This document shows, piece by piece, positions 23,464-37,302 of a DNA stretch of 64,000 nt. The DNA lies in the NCBI RefSeq assembly GCF_006345805.1, contig NC_043010.1:59086001-59150000 (forward strand). Direction: 5' to 3'. Position 1 is the first letter of the stretch, and each line of letters opens with the position of its first letter. The translations under genes were made by a program, and so were the position numbers. Under the pieces are notes generated by a model. That model saw only the letters and a list, made by a program, of their open reading frames with translations, did not search any database and was not told the DNA's origin. The DNA comes from Octopus sinensis (lineage: Eukaryota).

Positions 23464-25839
23464 ATGTTATTGTCATTGTCCATTGTATTATCAATGGTCC
23501 ACTGTGTCCTGACCATAGACCTTACCTACCATGTGGAAGAAGAGAGAAGTCCAGGAACCTATGTAGCAGACATTGCTGCCGATTCTAAACTTTTAGACAA
23601 TGTTAAACCATCTGACCAACATTTGATAACATTCAGTCAATTCAAACGAAAGGTGGCACAGTTATTTAATATCACCAAAACAGGTAAGCTGTACACTGCT
23701 CAGACACTGGATGCAGAAGATCTCTGCACATTCAACAAAGAATGTTCTAGAACTATGAAGGTTGTTGTCAATAAAGGAATCAGTGTTTCAAAAATATTAA
23801 AAATCAAAATTGTTATAGAAGATATCAATGACCATCAACCAGAGTTTCCTATAAAGAATGTGAATATACAGTTTGGAGAAGATGACCGTATCAGTTCAAA
23901 AAGATCAATACCGAATGCCATGGACAAAGATGTTGGATTTCAAAACTCCTTAATTCAATATAAATTAAAATCAAAGAATGGAGAACCATTCTCTCTGTCA
24001 GTGTCTAAAAGAGCTGATGGTATTTCTTCACTTAAAATAGTTTTAAAAGAATCATTAGACAGAGAAATCAAAGATACATATTTATTACAAGTCATAGCTA
24101 AAGATGGAGGTTCACCAGCAAAACAAGGTATTTTGAATATAAATATCTCAATAATAGATTTAAACGACAACCCACCTGTATTTTCTAAACCTTTATATAA
24201 TATATCCATACAAAGTACACATCATAAATCCAAACCCATCATTGTTTTATCTGTAACAGATGCTGATTCTGGTGAAAATGGCAAAATTACTTTCCATTTC
24301 AGTCCAAAGACATCAGATCTAGCAAAAAGCTATTTTCAGTTAAATAAAACCAGTGGAAATATTCTGTTGAGGGAATATTCAAATCTGGGAAAAAAGAAAA
24401 CCTATGAATTATTTGTAGAAGCCAGAGACGGAGGTATTCCACCTCTCAATTCCATAGCAACTGTTCTGGTAAATGTTATCAATCAACACAACAATCCCCC
24501 AAATATTGATATTGATTATGTTTCTGCAATCAATGACAACACAGCTACCATCTCTGAAAACATCAAAGTCGGTAGTTTCATTGCTTATGTGATGGTCACT
24601 GACAATGATGTGGGACAAAATGGAGAGGTCAGCTGTGATATCAAACATGATACATTCAAACTACAGTCAATGGGATCTAAAGAATATAAAATCATTCTAA
24701 ACAAACCAGTGGACAGAGAAACACAAGGACACTATAACATTCCTGTCTCCTGTCAAGATAAAGGATTACCTCCTCTCAAAAGTGTTAAAAGCCTCTCTAT
24801 CCAAGTGACTGACATCAACGATGTACAACCACAGTTTACCAAAGACACATTCCAATTCCTCACCTACGAAAACAAAGATAAAGACTTCCCTATTGGTTTT
24901 GTCAATGCCACTGACCCTGATCTTGGATCTGCTGGACAACTCACGTATTCTCTGCTGCGTAAAGAAAAATCCAATCTCCCATTTCTCATCACCAGTTATG
25001 GCTTCATTTCAGCGACCATGTCATTGGACAGAGAGAAACAAGATGTGTATAAGTTTGAGGTTTTTGTCAAAGACAATGGAAGCCCATCTCTGAATGACAC
25101 AGCGAATGTTGTTGTTGAGATTCTAGATCAAAATGACAATGCTCCGTATTTTACATATCCTAGTAGTGACCCTTACACGCTAAATGTGCAGTACCATCCG
25201 CAGAGTAAGAGTGACATCACAGTTTTGAGAGCTTCTGATGGGGACAGTGGAAACAATGCTTTCCTCAGATATGCAATCATACAAGGAAATGATAAACAGT
25301 TGTTTAGTATGAACTCACACAGTGGTGCTTTATCCTTCTCCAGACAAGTTTATCTAAATGATGCTGGAAGTTATGAGCTGGTGTTTGTTGTGAAGGACAG
25401 TGGTAGTCCAGTTCAGTCGTCAACAACTAGTGTCACTTTGGTATTGGCTGTTAGTAACGAGACATCACCAATGTCGAAGAGTGGACCTTTACAATCTTCA
25501 GGTCGGGTCCATATGACATGGGTTATTATCATTGTATCATCAGCAGTAATAATATCAGTGGCTATTGTTGTTTCTATAACGCTGTGTATTATGAAATGTA
25601 TTAAACACAGAGATAACACAGCTGCTGCCACAAAGAATACAGCCTACCAAGGTAGAGCAGAGATGAAACAATTGTTGTACCAGACTAACACTTCTGTTGC
25701 TATGTCGAGGAATGCAGAAGAGATGGTGAAGCGGAATATCTATTCTGAGAGATCCAAGAGTGAATGTTATGCAGAAGGTCAGCTACAGAACAAATATGAA
25801 TCTTCAGTTCAGTCGAGAACTTTACCAAAACCTACCCCA
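23464..25839 (+). CDS. Pcdh: Protocadherin P2, large coding exon
   Basis: 806-aa ORF 23464-25884 with six cadherin repeats and a TM. Acceptor at 23421-22, donor at 25840. Confidence 0.95.
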
Positions 25840-26010
25840 GTAAGTGGAAACATTACATTTTCTCTCTGTAAAAGTGAACAATGAAATCTCTTTGAATATG
25901 TTTTAACTTCAATAATACATTCCAATATTAAATTGTTCTCTCTCCATGTTGATTGTAACTTCCATTGTTTGGTGTCTTCTCACATTTCTTTATCGTTTGT
26001 TTGTCAACAG

Positions 26011-26164
26011 AAATACTGTCAACCTGTTGTGGTGACATCAAGTGATGATGCTGTGGAAGATAATGCTACTATGGTTTGTAACTATACATCAGATACAATG
26101 TCATCCAAGAGAAGTGGTAGACATGGAGAGTTGAAACATTACGAAGAAATACCAGGAATATCAG
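26011..26164 (+). CDS. Pcdh: P2 cytoplasmic exon
   Basis: AG/GT bounded, 154 nt, frame-compatible. Confidence 0.85.
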
Positions 26165-26711
26165 GTTAGCAACTACATTGACAATATGTCCTTCATGCAT
26201 AGATATTAGCAGTTATTTGTTATAAACTTATAAGTTATAGTAATTAGTAAAGGATAAATTACCCATCATCATCATCATTCGGCATCTGCTTTCCATGCTG
26301 GCATGGGTTAGATGGCTTGATTGGAATTGGTAAGCTGAAGAGCTACGCCAAGCTCCAGTCTTGTTTGGTATGGTTTGTACAGCTGGGTGCCAACCACTCC
26401 AAGAGTGTAATGGCTGCTTTTTACATGCCACTGGCACGGCAGTTGCTTTCATGTGCCACTGGGATGGGTGCCTATCACATGACACTGGCACTAGTAACGT
26501 TTATGATTTCATGTGGCTTGACAAATCTTGTAAAGCATGGCTTATCACAAAAGCCCTTGGCCACTTGTCATTTCCCTAGAAATATTTCTCTGCTTTTGAA
26601 TCCGAAATATGTTTATATCATCATCATATTTTTCTCTTTTATTGTCATATCTTTGATTAAATCATCAACATAAATGCCACATTTATAATGTATTCTGTCT
26701 CTAAATTTCAG

Positions 26712-26788
26712 ATCAAAGTATATATAAAAACAATGATACATCTACATCAAAAGAATCCAGTGAAGAGACACCAGTGAAACATGTTTAA
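26712..26788 (+). CDS. Pcdh: P2 terminal coding exon (DQSIYKNNDTSTSKESSEETPVKHV*)
   Basis: tttcag acceptor, GTT TAA end, AATAAA at 26944. Confidence 0.8.
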
Positions 26789-27451
26789 TTATGTTATTGA
26801 AATAACATAACTATTATAATATATTATAATATATTATAATATATGATAATATATGTAATTTAAGATAGTACTTCTTCAATACATATGCAATATCAACATT
26901 TACCGTCATTACAACAGTGTATATATGTGAAGATAGAAGTGTTAATAAATAACTAATAGTTCTGATAAGAAAAGATGAAGTTTAAAGCTATAGTTTTCTT
27001 TGTTGATCTAATTATGTTAGGTTTATTTTTTGTGTACATTCAAACAGATTATTTCTACACATAGTGCTTGTTTTGAACGCTAAATATCTCTCCTTTTTGT
27101 AGGCCAAATAATACTGAATTCTAAATTTAGCTCAGAGTTGTTACTTCTTGATTTGAGACAAATATTTCACAAATATTTGTAATTAGAGCTCAATTATTTA
27201 ATTTTATTTCTATTTTAGACAATATCAATGAGAAATCACAACATTCTTGTGACAGTCTACAAATATTTTCATTAAAATGTAACTAAATATAAATTTAAAC
27301 AAGCATTTAAATTCATGAATTTTAGGAATAATATACTTCTGAATAAATATAGTCAATGCTAGTAATTCTGAAGAAAAAGAATTTCACTTTCTTCTTTGTA
27401 TAAGTTCAAGCAGTTATGCCTAATCAAATCAATATTAAAGAGAAGATTGCC

Positions 27452-27482
27452 ATTGGTCTTCTGTTAAGGTCATTCAACCAAT
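27452..27482 (+). promoter_or_regulatory. Paired inverted CCAAT boxes, putative P3 promoter
   Basis: ATTGG 27452-56 and CCAAT 27478-82, retained within diverged flanks. Confidence 0.6.
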
Positions 27483-27596
27483 CAAATTGTCACTAAAATA
27501 TAGAAATATATCTCTGAGAAAGCTAAGCATTCACATTACTGATGTTAGTAAATCAAACAATTGTGGTAGGTTAAACTCTAGAATTTCATAGCTATT

Positions 27597-27646
<50 letters not shown>

Positions 27647-27692
27647 TAGTAATTATCATCTTTAAGGGTAAATACATACAGAATATTATTAG

Positions 27693-27894
27693 ATGGACGT
27701 ACTCCCACAAAACATACAACTTCAGTGACACATGCAACCCTCTCCTAGCAGCAGACTCTCTGCCTGACGTGCTACACTACTCCATCACCATAACAGCCAT
27801 TCTCACACCATTACAGCAGCACTTACAATGGATCTTTCTACAACAATACATCTTTCTTTCTCACTGAATAACCAATGATATAATTATTAAAAAG
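27693..27894 (+). other. Conserved putative non-coding leader exon of P3 (202 nt)
   Basis: 2-nt deletion relative to other copies (consistent with non-coding), GTAAGT donor at 27895. Confidence 0.65.
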
Positions 27895-30800
27895 GTAAGT
27901 TTCTATTTAATCTTTTTATAATCTCATTTGATATTATAAATCTCACTAAATCTGAAAAATTTTCTTCTAACATGTTTAATTTTAACAAAGGAACAAAGAG
28001 ATTGAACAATAATTCACCCATATTTTTCAATAATGCTGTTCATATTGTTTTTCATCACAATTTGTGAGATGATGATGCTTGAAATGGTTAATATTTAATC
28101 TTTAATCCATTGAAACAATATAACCTGTCTCCATAATATTTACGGAGAACAGTCTTCATAATATAAAGTTTCTCTTATTATAAATAATATTGTATTATTA
28201 TAAATATATTGTATCAATATATCGTTGATGGTTTATGGAAGATTTGTTTTTTCATCTGTTTTAGCCATCATACATCGGATGCATGATGTTTTGTATAAAA
28301 TATGAAGTAAAATACCAAAATGTATTTAAATCTGCTTACCGTATGTAGATTGTTAGTAGTAGGTGATGAGGTAATTGCACGTTGCAGATCTCAGCTAATG
28401 GTGGACATAGTAGTATTCAGTCAAATGAAAATGATAGAATGTTGGATAGGCCATTCAAATGTGAACAACTAACTCTGTGGAATTGACAGAGTGTATACAA
28501 TATTTATTTGTTATATGATTACTTTTAAAAATATATATAAGTATGATAAAGTGTTTTAAATACATCTTCCTTCTTCATCTATTTTCATATTTTATTTACT
28601 TGTGTAAATTCAGTTCAGATTTTTTATCATAGTTTTTACCCCACATTTTCCAGTATTTACTCAGGGATTTTGATAAAAGAATTTTTGAAGCTAACATTTC
28701 ACAGAAATTAAAGTTGAATTGTTTTTCAATATGAATTAAATATACAAATGTAATTATAAGCAATTCATCCTCACTTGCTATAATCTCAGTATAGTCACAG
28801 AACATTTTATAATGTTTTTGTGGAAATCACCGAAACTGCTATCATTAAAAATCTGTTCTCCTCACAAATTTTTTTCCTGCTCTGAATTTTTTCCACTTCA
28901 ACTTGTATTCTTTATTTATTCTCTTCTCTCAAACCTTTCACTCATTACCTCAACACTCCGATTTCATTTATTCTTTTGTCATTCTTCTCATTCAAGATTT
29001 CTTCATCATTGACTGTCTATTTGTCAGGAACAGTGACTCAAATCATTTTCATATTTTAAACTATTTGAAAGTAAACTAGATTTTATAATTTGTTTTAGAT
29101 TTTCCTTTTCTAAAGACATTCGCTTTTATTGAGATTTTAAAATGACTGTGATTCCAATTTCGATTTTGTCTCAGTATTGTCTCTGTTCTTGTCCCGTCTT
29201 TCCAAGTCTAATCTTTAATCTTAGTATTACAGGGACCTCATTGATCTCTATACACACACTCAACGATTAATGGAAAAATTAACTAAGATTTATATTAAGT
29301 AGAGGATTCTAGAAGTTAGTATAAATTGCTTTTTTTTTTATTATTATTATTGTATTGAACGGCTTTGGAAGAAACAAATACTTACATGAAGGCTGTTTGT
29401 GTAATATATATGAAATGCATAAAAAGGGAAAATTAGGTGAATAGCATTAAAAATACTACTTATAGAATGCAGCAAGAATTCTTTGACATAGGAATGTGAC
29501 CAGGTGAACTGTTAAACCTAACCTTATTCACTCAAATGTCCATAACAAACAATTTGATATGTTGATATGAATAACATAACTCACATCTATAAATAAATAA
29601 ATGTGTGTGTGTGTGTCTATACACAAATATACATCACTTTATATTTTTAACCAACGTAGTCGTCGTTATAAATCATTCAGTTAAGTTTAATTAATCTTTA
29701 ATGTATTCCTTCCACTATTTTCACGATCATCATTTTGTTTGCTTTTCTATACTGACATGAGTTGGAAGAGTCTTTATGGTCGAAAACTGTGTTATTCTTA
29801 TCTCCCTCCTTGATGGGTCGAGGACTGTCACACCACACACAAACACACATATGCACACACACACACATACATACACACACACATACATACACACACAAAC
29901 ACACACACACTCATACACACAAACATGCACACATTCCATTTTATGACATGATTTCGAAACCTGGATTGCCTTTCTGTCATCAACCACTTGAGAATGTTTT
30001 GGCCATTTTATTGTGACAGCAGCATTACAGAGATTTGCTTTCCCCCAGTAGAATCAAAAAGTCCTATCAACCCTACGTTGTCACAGTTTCACTTTGGAAA
30101 TAACATGCATGTTTCTTATTGGGACTCTAACACTAGAGAGGTTTGCTTATGCTCATGAAAATCAAAGCCCTGTCTTTATATTTTCACCAGCCCCAGAGAG
30201 GCTGAGAGAGGCTGTGTCCCCTCTAACCTAAGGATTCCACTCTTCTCTGTGTTGTTCTTATTCATAGAACTGTGTGTAGAAAAAAGCATTTCTATCACAT
30301 CATCAACCCCAGGAGCATGGTAATCCGTGATCTGTCTTAAAGAAGCCCCTCTTCTTTCATCAGCCTTTAATCCTTAATGCTCATAAGTCATCGTGTAAGG
30401 CTTAATGGGGAACTATTTCGAGATCCATAACAGTTGTATAGAGTTCTGGCTTAAAGAGTTGCTTCTATTCTAGTTGATACGGGTTGCTTGCTATATAAGG
30501 AGTTTTATTGAGGGATAACCTAATATCCCTTCCAATGTGGTACCTACATTATTGTACTGATTCTTAGTATAAGCATTGGCCCCATATTAGTTCATAGGAG
30601 AAACTGCTGAGTGTTGGATAGCCCCCTTCTATTGTTGGGTGTTTTAGCTTGGTATCTTCTTTTTACTTACCTAATTTATGAGGAGTGTAATAGCAAGTGG
30701 TTACCCCAAGATTGTCTGCAGACTAAAGGTTTCGTCTGTACACTGCATAGGTTCTTTTGCAGATCTAATGGCAAATGGGCATTAGGTTTTCAGTAGCTGG

Positions 30801-31613
30801 CAGGCCATTGTTGTTTCCATGACACCAAATAGAGTATTTACATAAAGAGAGGGGAAATGGTATATCATGTTGGCATCCACTCTGATATCTGCTGAATCTA
30901 TGTAATCAAAATGTTTAGACCCAAATTTAGACGATCATCTCATCATTTTACAATCACTTCAATGCTTTCATAAGTTGTACATAAGTTCGTTAGTTGACAG
31001 TCTGAGTCAGATCTTATTTAGAGTTACTGTACTTCAAGACATACTGCAGACTATATGTTGCTTGTATATCCCATTTCTGGCATTATTTCTATGTCTGGAA
31101 GCCCTAACACCAAGCCTTTTACACTTTGTACTGGGCTTATTTTATTACAGCTTCAGCACTGAGAGAGTCTTTTCTCCAGCAAAATGAAAGCATTTCTTTT
31201 ATACTATGTCATCTCTGTTTATTTGTCAACCATTTTACAGCTGCATTTTGTCGTGGCACCTACATTAGAGAGGTTACCTTGTCCCCAAAATGAGAAGGGT
31301 GATTAAAGTAGGAAATAAACACAGTCATGAGACCATTGTTTGATTCCTGGACCAGGTGGTTTGTTGTGTTCTTCAGCAGAACACTTCCTCTCTCATAGCT
31401 CTGTGGTCACTTTGACACCTGACATGTGACACCTGTACACCTGTACAGGTAATGTTGAATTGATGAAGGGAGTGAGCTAACATCCAGAACAAACAAATCA
31501 GCTGTGGAAGGTGTTCAGTAAGAAATTGTAGAATCACTTTCTCAGTCTTGAGAGGTTACCATATCTGTCTGTCTGCCTGCCTGCCTGTACTTATTTGTGT
31601 GTGTGTGTGTGTG

Positions 31614-31834
31614 TACGAGGGTTTACTGAAAAGTTCTTGGCTGTAAGGATGTCGTGAAAGGCCTGATTGGAGGCCCAGCCTTCTGAGTTCTTTTACAGGG
31701 CTCAGAAAAACTGAAGGACCACTGTAATAAGTGTGCGAGTCTGAGAGGGGAATATGTTGAATAAAATCAGGATTAACTGATTCTCCTGTATTTTCTTTTA
31801 TCCAAAGCCAGGAACTTTTCAGCACTGCCTCATG
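31614..31834 (+). mobile_element. Mariner-derived MITE (internally deleted)
   Basis: Imperfect ~28-bp inverted ends (tacgagggtttactgaaaagttcttggct / agccaggaacttttcagcactgcctcatg). Inside is a mariner-like C-terminus GSEKLKDHCNKCASLRGEYVE*. Confidence 0.75.
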
Positions 31835-32172
31835 TGCATATGTGTGTATACATATGCACATGTGCACCCTATCCTGCATTATGCAGTATTTCCAGGAAAG
31901 CTATATATGTGATTGTGTTGATGGTGACAAGAGTGGTGATGATGGAGGCTGCAGCAAAAGCTTTGATGTTAGGCAGGGGAGAAGTGATGGTGACGATGGA
32001 TGTAGATGATATGATGGATGTGGGAGATGGAGCAATGTTGATAGAAATAGAAGATGTCAAAGATAATAATGAATGTGAAATATCATTACTGTAGAATCTG
32101 AAATTAAATTACAAAATTTGATTTCAATTATAGAACTTCTGTTATTCATATGTTTTTATTATTCCCTGACAT

Positions 32173-32529
32173 AATTACCTCTGCCTTAGCGAAGGTGGAG
32201 GTATTGTTTTCAGTTGTGTTTGTCCGTGGGCAAGATATCTCAAGAACCACTGAATTTGGATGAAACTTTCAGGGATGTTTGGCCTTGTGACTGGCACAAC
32301 TGATTAGATTTTGGAATCAATCCGTTACTGGACAAGGATTCTGGATTATTTTACCTGTTTTTTTCACTAAATATTTGAGAACAGTTAGGTTCATTTTTAG
32401 TATTCTCGTTCATGAGAGCAGTCAAGTTTATTTGAGACATTCTCATTTTAAAAATTATCTTTGGCTAATCGTTGAGAGGATGTTGGTGTTGCCTTGGTGG
32501 AGGTTTGCGCTCTCTGAGTGTTCTTGTTT
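32173..32529 (+). mobile_element. Helentron-associated (HINE-like) non-autonomous element
   Basis: 5' attacctctgccttag and 3' ccttggtggaggtttgcgctctctgagtg, the sub-terminal inverted repeat layout of HINEs. Confidence 0.6.
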
Positions 32530-32699
32530 AGATTATATTGCTATGTTGTTTTCAGTTTTCTCATCTATATATAAATAATACCAAACAAGAATTAATTAAA
32601 TTGTTGGATATCATTATTGATCATTTAATTATGTTCTTAAGTGATTGCATTTTACTAGAAATATTTTATATTCAGTAAATATAAGTTTGAAATTTTGGC

Positions 32700-32880
32700 A
32701 CAAGGCCAGCAAGTTTGGGAAAGGGGGTAAGTTGGTTACATCGACCCCAGAGTTCAACTGGTGCATATTTTATTGACCCCAAAAGGACAATAGACAAAGT
32801 TAACCTCAGTGGAATTTGAACTCAAAACGTAAAGATGGACAAAATGCTGCTAAGCATTTTATCCAGCTCACCACCTTATA
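32700..32880 (-). mobile_element. tRNA-derived SINE fragment
   Basis: Similar to 6643-6995 (tcgaccccag...tggaatttgaactcaaaacgtaaag). Confidence 0.55.
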
Positions 32881-33392
32881 TTTAATACATATTAATGACA
32901 TTTTAGTTAATCAGTATGAGGTAATAAGCAATGTGAATGAAACTAGGACGGACTGGTTCCAATTGAAGAGACAAAAAGTAGAGATAGCCACAGAAACGAT
33001 TCCTCTCTGAGTAGTCTGTGATTAAATATGACACTGAGATCTTTGCAATGGTTTCTGTAATAATGAAAACATCAAGATTTAGTGCAACATTTCATGTGTT
33101 GAAAAACCTGCCTCTATCTTCAGATCTATCATAACAACATAGCTAGGAAGAAATTCTTTTTTTGTTTCTTTTATGTCCCTTTTGTGCCAAGGTGTCATAG
33201 GTTGAACATCAATGTATTTATGGTAGGATTTTAGTGCTGGATTCTTTTCCTGTCAAATAGAAGAAGTGTTCTGTAAGTCTTGAAAAGCACTGAACAATCA
33301 GTCATAATATCAACATGGAATGTGAAGATCATCCATTGTTTTGCTAAAGCAATTCAACATTCGCATTCATTTACATGTGCTTGTATACACAT

Positions 33393-33428
<36 letters not shown>

Positions 33429-34049
33429 ATTCCCTTCTATATTAGTATTCTAATGTTTATTGTTATTATTGTTATTCTGCTGCTCTTTACCCTTTCTGTC
33501 CTGCCAGTCATTACCTCCACTTCCCTAGAAACTATTCGTTTTGTTGCCCTTGTTTGGTCTTTTTGGCAACTGATTTCTGCACAGTCATCAGAGAGTGTAT
33601 GTTACTTCTAACTGTTAATACAAAGGAAAACACATGTTTTACACACTAATATAGAGTTTCTATTTAGTTCTTTAGAGTTTCTTGTGTAATATTTTGCTGT
33701 TTCTGTGTCCATAGAATATTGATACGTTTTCTTGGTTGTGTAGAGTGTCTTCCAGTGTTGTTAAAAATTAGATTCATGTACACATTTAACAACACTGAAA
33801 AACACACTCTGCATACATCCAGCATATACTCAGAGTTTCTCATTAGAAACAAAGTCCATGATTAGTGAGAGACTGCATGTGGAATATACTACGCTAAAGT
33901 GTAAAAAAGAGCAGAGCTTGGTGTAAATGCCAGAGGATTGTGGGAAGTTAGGAATGAAGTCAAATAGTTTTGTAAATTGGGAAAAGAAAGGGCAGTAAAT
34001 AACAAGCCCACACTGATGTAAAAGAACCATTAGTTCATTATTTATGGGC

Positions 34050-34365
34050 ATATGGTGTAGTGGTTAAGAGCGCAGGCTACTAACCCCAAGTTTCCATGGC
34101 AGTGACCTGAATAATAATAATAATGATGATAATAATAATAATAATAATGGACGCTAAACGATGATGATGATGATGATGATGATGAATAACATCGAAGAAT
34201 ACCTTAGGAATGAGAACCCAGGTTCAAAATTTCCCCAAGACATCTGATGAAGGTTGGAGGGTTTATCAGCTGAAACATTGTGTTAACAACAAACAAGATG
34301 AGGACAAATATCTGTCAAATGTAAATGATATAAATAATTCCTCAATATCTTAAATATAGAACTGT
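34050..34365 (+). mobile_element. Composite repeat: tRNA-like head plus body containing a hammerhead-like core
   Basis: Head ggtgtagtggttaagagcgc. CTGATGA 34244-50, stem, GAAA 34272-75. A short RTE (GAT)n tail is inserted at ~34149-34185. Confidence 0.5.
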
Positions 34366-34602
34366 ACCAGTTGTTGTTGTTCTTTACTTCTATGGATGCA
34401 TTGAGACATAAACACTTTAATCTATCAAATGAATTGCTGTAAAATACTACAGCCATACATTTCTAATGTTTCCATGGTTAATTGTATCGTTTGAATTGTA
34501 ACTTATTTCTTATAACATTTGTTCAAGGAAACATATTTCCATTTCAGGTTCAACCAATGCCACACCTTCAGATACCTAACCATTCCAACACTCAACAGCA
34601 AC

Positions 34603-36978
34603 ATGTTCCTGCCATTGTCTATTGTATTTTCGCTGGTCCAGTGTGTCCTGACCATAGACCTTACCTACCACGTGGAAGAAGAGAGAAGTCCAGGAACATA
34701 TGTAGCAGACATTGCTGCCGATTCTAAACTTTTAGACAATGTTAAACCATCTGACCAACATTTGATAACATTCAGTCAATTCAAACGAAAGGTGGCACAG
34801 TTATTTAACATCACCAAAACAGGTAAACTGTACACTGCTCAGACACTGGATGCAGAAGATCTCTGCACATTCAACAAAGAATGTTCCAGAACTGTGAAAG
34901 TTGTGGTTAATAAAGGAAGAAGTATTACAAAGATATTAAAAATCAAAATTGTAATAGAAGATATCAATGACCATCAACCAAACTTTCCTATGAGAAATGT
35001 CAATATACTGTTTAGTGAAGATGATCGCAAAGGTGCAAAAAGATCAATACCCAATGCCATAGACAAAGATGTTGGATTTCAAAACTCATTAATACAATAT
35101 AAATTAAAATCAAAGAATGGAGAACCATTCTCTCTGTCAGTGTCTAAAAGAGCTGATGGTATTTCTTCTCTTAAAATAGTTTTAAAAGAAACATTGGACA
35201 GAGAAATCAAAGATACATATTTATTACAGGTCATAGCTAAAGATGGAGGGTCACCAGCAAAACAAGGGATTTTGAATATAAATATTTCTGTAATAGATGT
35301 TAATGACAACCCACCAGAGTTTTCTAAACCTTTATATAATATATCCATACAAAGTGCGCATCACAAATCTAAACCCATCATTGTTTTATCTGTGACAGAT
35401 GCTGATTCTGGTGAAAATGGTAAAATTACTTTCCATTTCAGTCCAAAGACATCAGATATAGCAAAAAGTTATTTTCAATTAAATGAAACCAGTGGAAATA
35501 TTCAGTTAAGGGAATATTCAAATTTTGGGAAAAAGAAAACCTATGAACTATTTATAGAAGCCAGAGATGGGGGCAACCCTCCTCTCATTTCTATAGCAAC
35601 AGTTCTGGTAAATGTTATCAACCAACACAACAATCCTCCATCTATTGATATTGATTATGTTTCTTCAATCAATGACAACACAGCTACCCTTTCGGAAGAC
35701 ACCAGAGTTGGTAGTTTCATTGCTTATGTGATGGTCACTGACAATGATGTGGGACAAAATGGAGAGGTCAGCTGTGATATCAAACATGATACATTCAAAC
35801 TACAGTCAATGGGATCCAAGGAATATAAAATCATTCTAAACAAACCAGTGGACAGAGAAACACAAGGACACTATAACATTCCTGTCTCGTGTCAAGATAA
35901 AGGATTACCTCCTCTGAAAAGTGTTAAAAGCCTCTCTATCCAAGTGACTGACATCAACGATGTACAACCACAGTTTACCAAAGATACATTCCAATTCCTC
36001 ACCTACGAAAACAAAGATAAAGACTTCCCTATTGGTTTTGTCAATGCCACTGACCCTGATCTTGGATCTGCTGGACAACTCACATATTCTCTGCTGCGTA
36101 AAGAAAAATCCAATCTCCCATTTCTCATCACCAGTTATGGCTTCATTTCAGCGACCATGTCATTGGACAGAGAGAAACAAGATGTGTATAAGTTTGAGGT
36201 TTTTGTCAAAGACAATGGAAGCCCATCTCTGAATGACACAGCGAATGTTGTTGTTGAGATTCTAGATCAAAATGACAATGCTCCGTATTTTACATATCCT
36301 AGTAGTGACCCTTACACGCTAAATGTGCAGTACCATCCGCAGAGTAAGAGTGACATCACAGTTTTGAGAGCCTCTGATGGGGACAGTGGAAACAATGCTT
36401 TCCTCAGATATGCAATCATACAAGGAAATGATAAACAGTTGTTTAGTATGAACTCACACAGTGGTGCTTTATCCTTCTCCAGACAAGTTTATCTAAATGA
36501 TGCTGGAAGTTATGGGCTGGTGTTTGTTGTGAAGGACAGTGGTAGTCCAGTTCAGTCGTCAACAACTAGTGTCACTTTGGTATTGGCTGTTAGTAACGAG
36601 ACATCACCAATGTCGAAGAGTGGACCTTTACAATCTTCAGGTCGGGTCCATATGACATGGGTTATTATCATTGTATCATCAGCAGTAATAATATCAGTGG
36701 CTATTGTTGTTTCTATAACGCTGTGTATTATGAAATGTATTAAACACAGAGATAACACAGCTGCTGCCACAAAGAATACAGCCTACCAAGGTAGAGCAGA
36801 GATGAAACAATTGTTGTACCAGACTAACACTTCTGTTGCTATGTCGAGGAATGCAGAAGAGATGGTGAAGCGGAATATCTATTCTGAGAGATCCAAGAGT
36901 GAATGTTATGCAGAAGGTCAGCTACAGAACAAATATGAATCTTCAGTTCAGTCGAGAACTTTACCAAAACCTACCCCA
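34603..36978 (+). CDS. Pcdh: Protocadherin P3, large coding exon
   Basis: The ORF track starts at 34519, but the homologous ATG is 34603, after the acceptor at 34546-47. Donor at 36979. Confidence 0.95.
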
Positions 36979-37149
36979 GTAAGTGGAAACATTACATTTT
37001 CTCTCTGTAAAAGTGAACAATGAAATCTCTTTGAATATGTTTTAACTTCAATAATACATTCCAATATTAAATTGTTCTCTTTCCATGTTGATTGTAACTT
37101 CCATTGTTTGGTGTCTTCTCACATTTCTTTATCGTTTGTTTGTCAACAG

Positions 37150-37302
37150 AAATACTGTCAACCTGTTGTGGTGACATCAAGTGATGATGCTGTGGAAGAT
37201 AATGCTACTATGGTTTGTAACTATACATCAGATACAATGTCATCCAAGAGAAGTGGTAGACAAGGAGACTGAAACATTACGAAGAAATACCAGGAGTATC
37301 AG
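37150..37302 (+). CDS. Pcdh: P3 cytoplasmic exon with a 1-nt deletion creating TGA at 37270-37272
   Basis: GGAGACTGAAAC versus GGAGACTTGAAAC in all other copies. Exon is 153 nt. Confidence 0.75.

Noticed and set aside
29698-30016. ORFs rich in CV/HT/RE/IY repeats (also 1818, 43073, 44368, 59443)
   Set aside because: They are translations of microsatellites.
29990-31250. Possible very old LINE remnant on the minus strand
   Set aside because: Composition is suggestive, but no motif could be read with confidence.
34050-34110. tRNA gene (also 10800-10872)
   Set aside because: A/B-box-like heads lack a complete cloverleaf and run into repeat bodies, so they are SINE heads.
34519-34602. 28-aa N-terminal extension of P3
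   Set aside because: It has a non-ATG start and crosses the splice acceptor at 34546-47. The homologous ATG is 34603.
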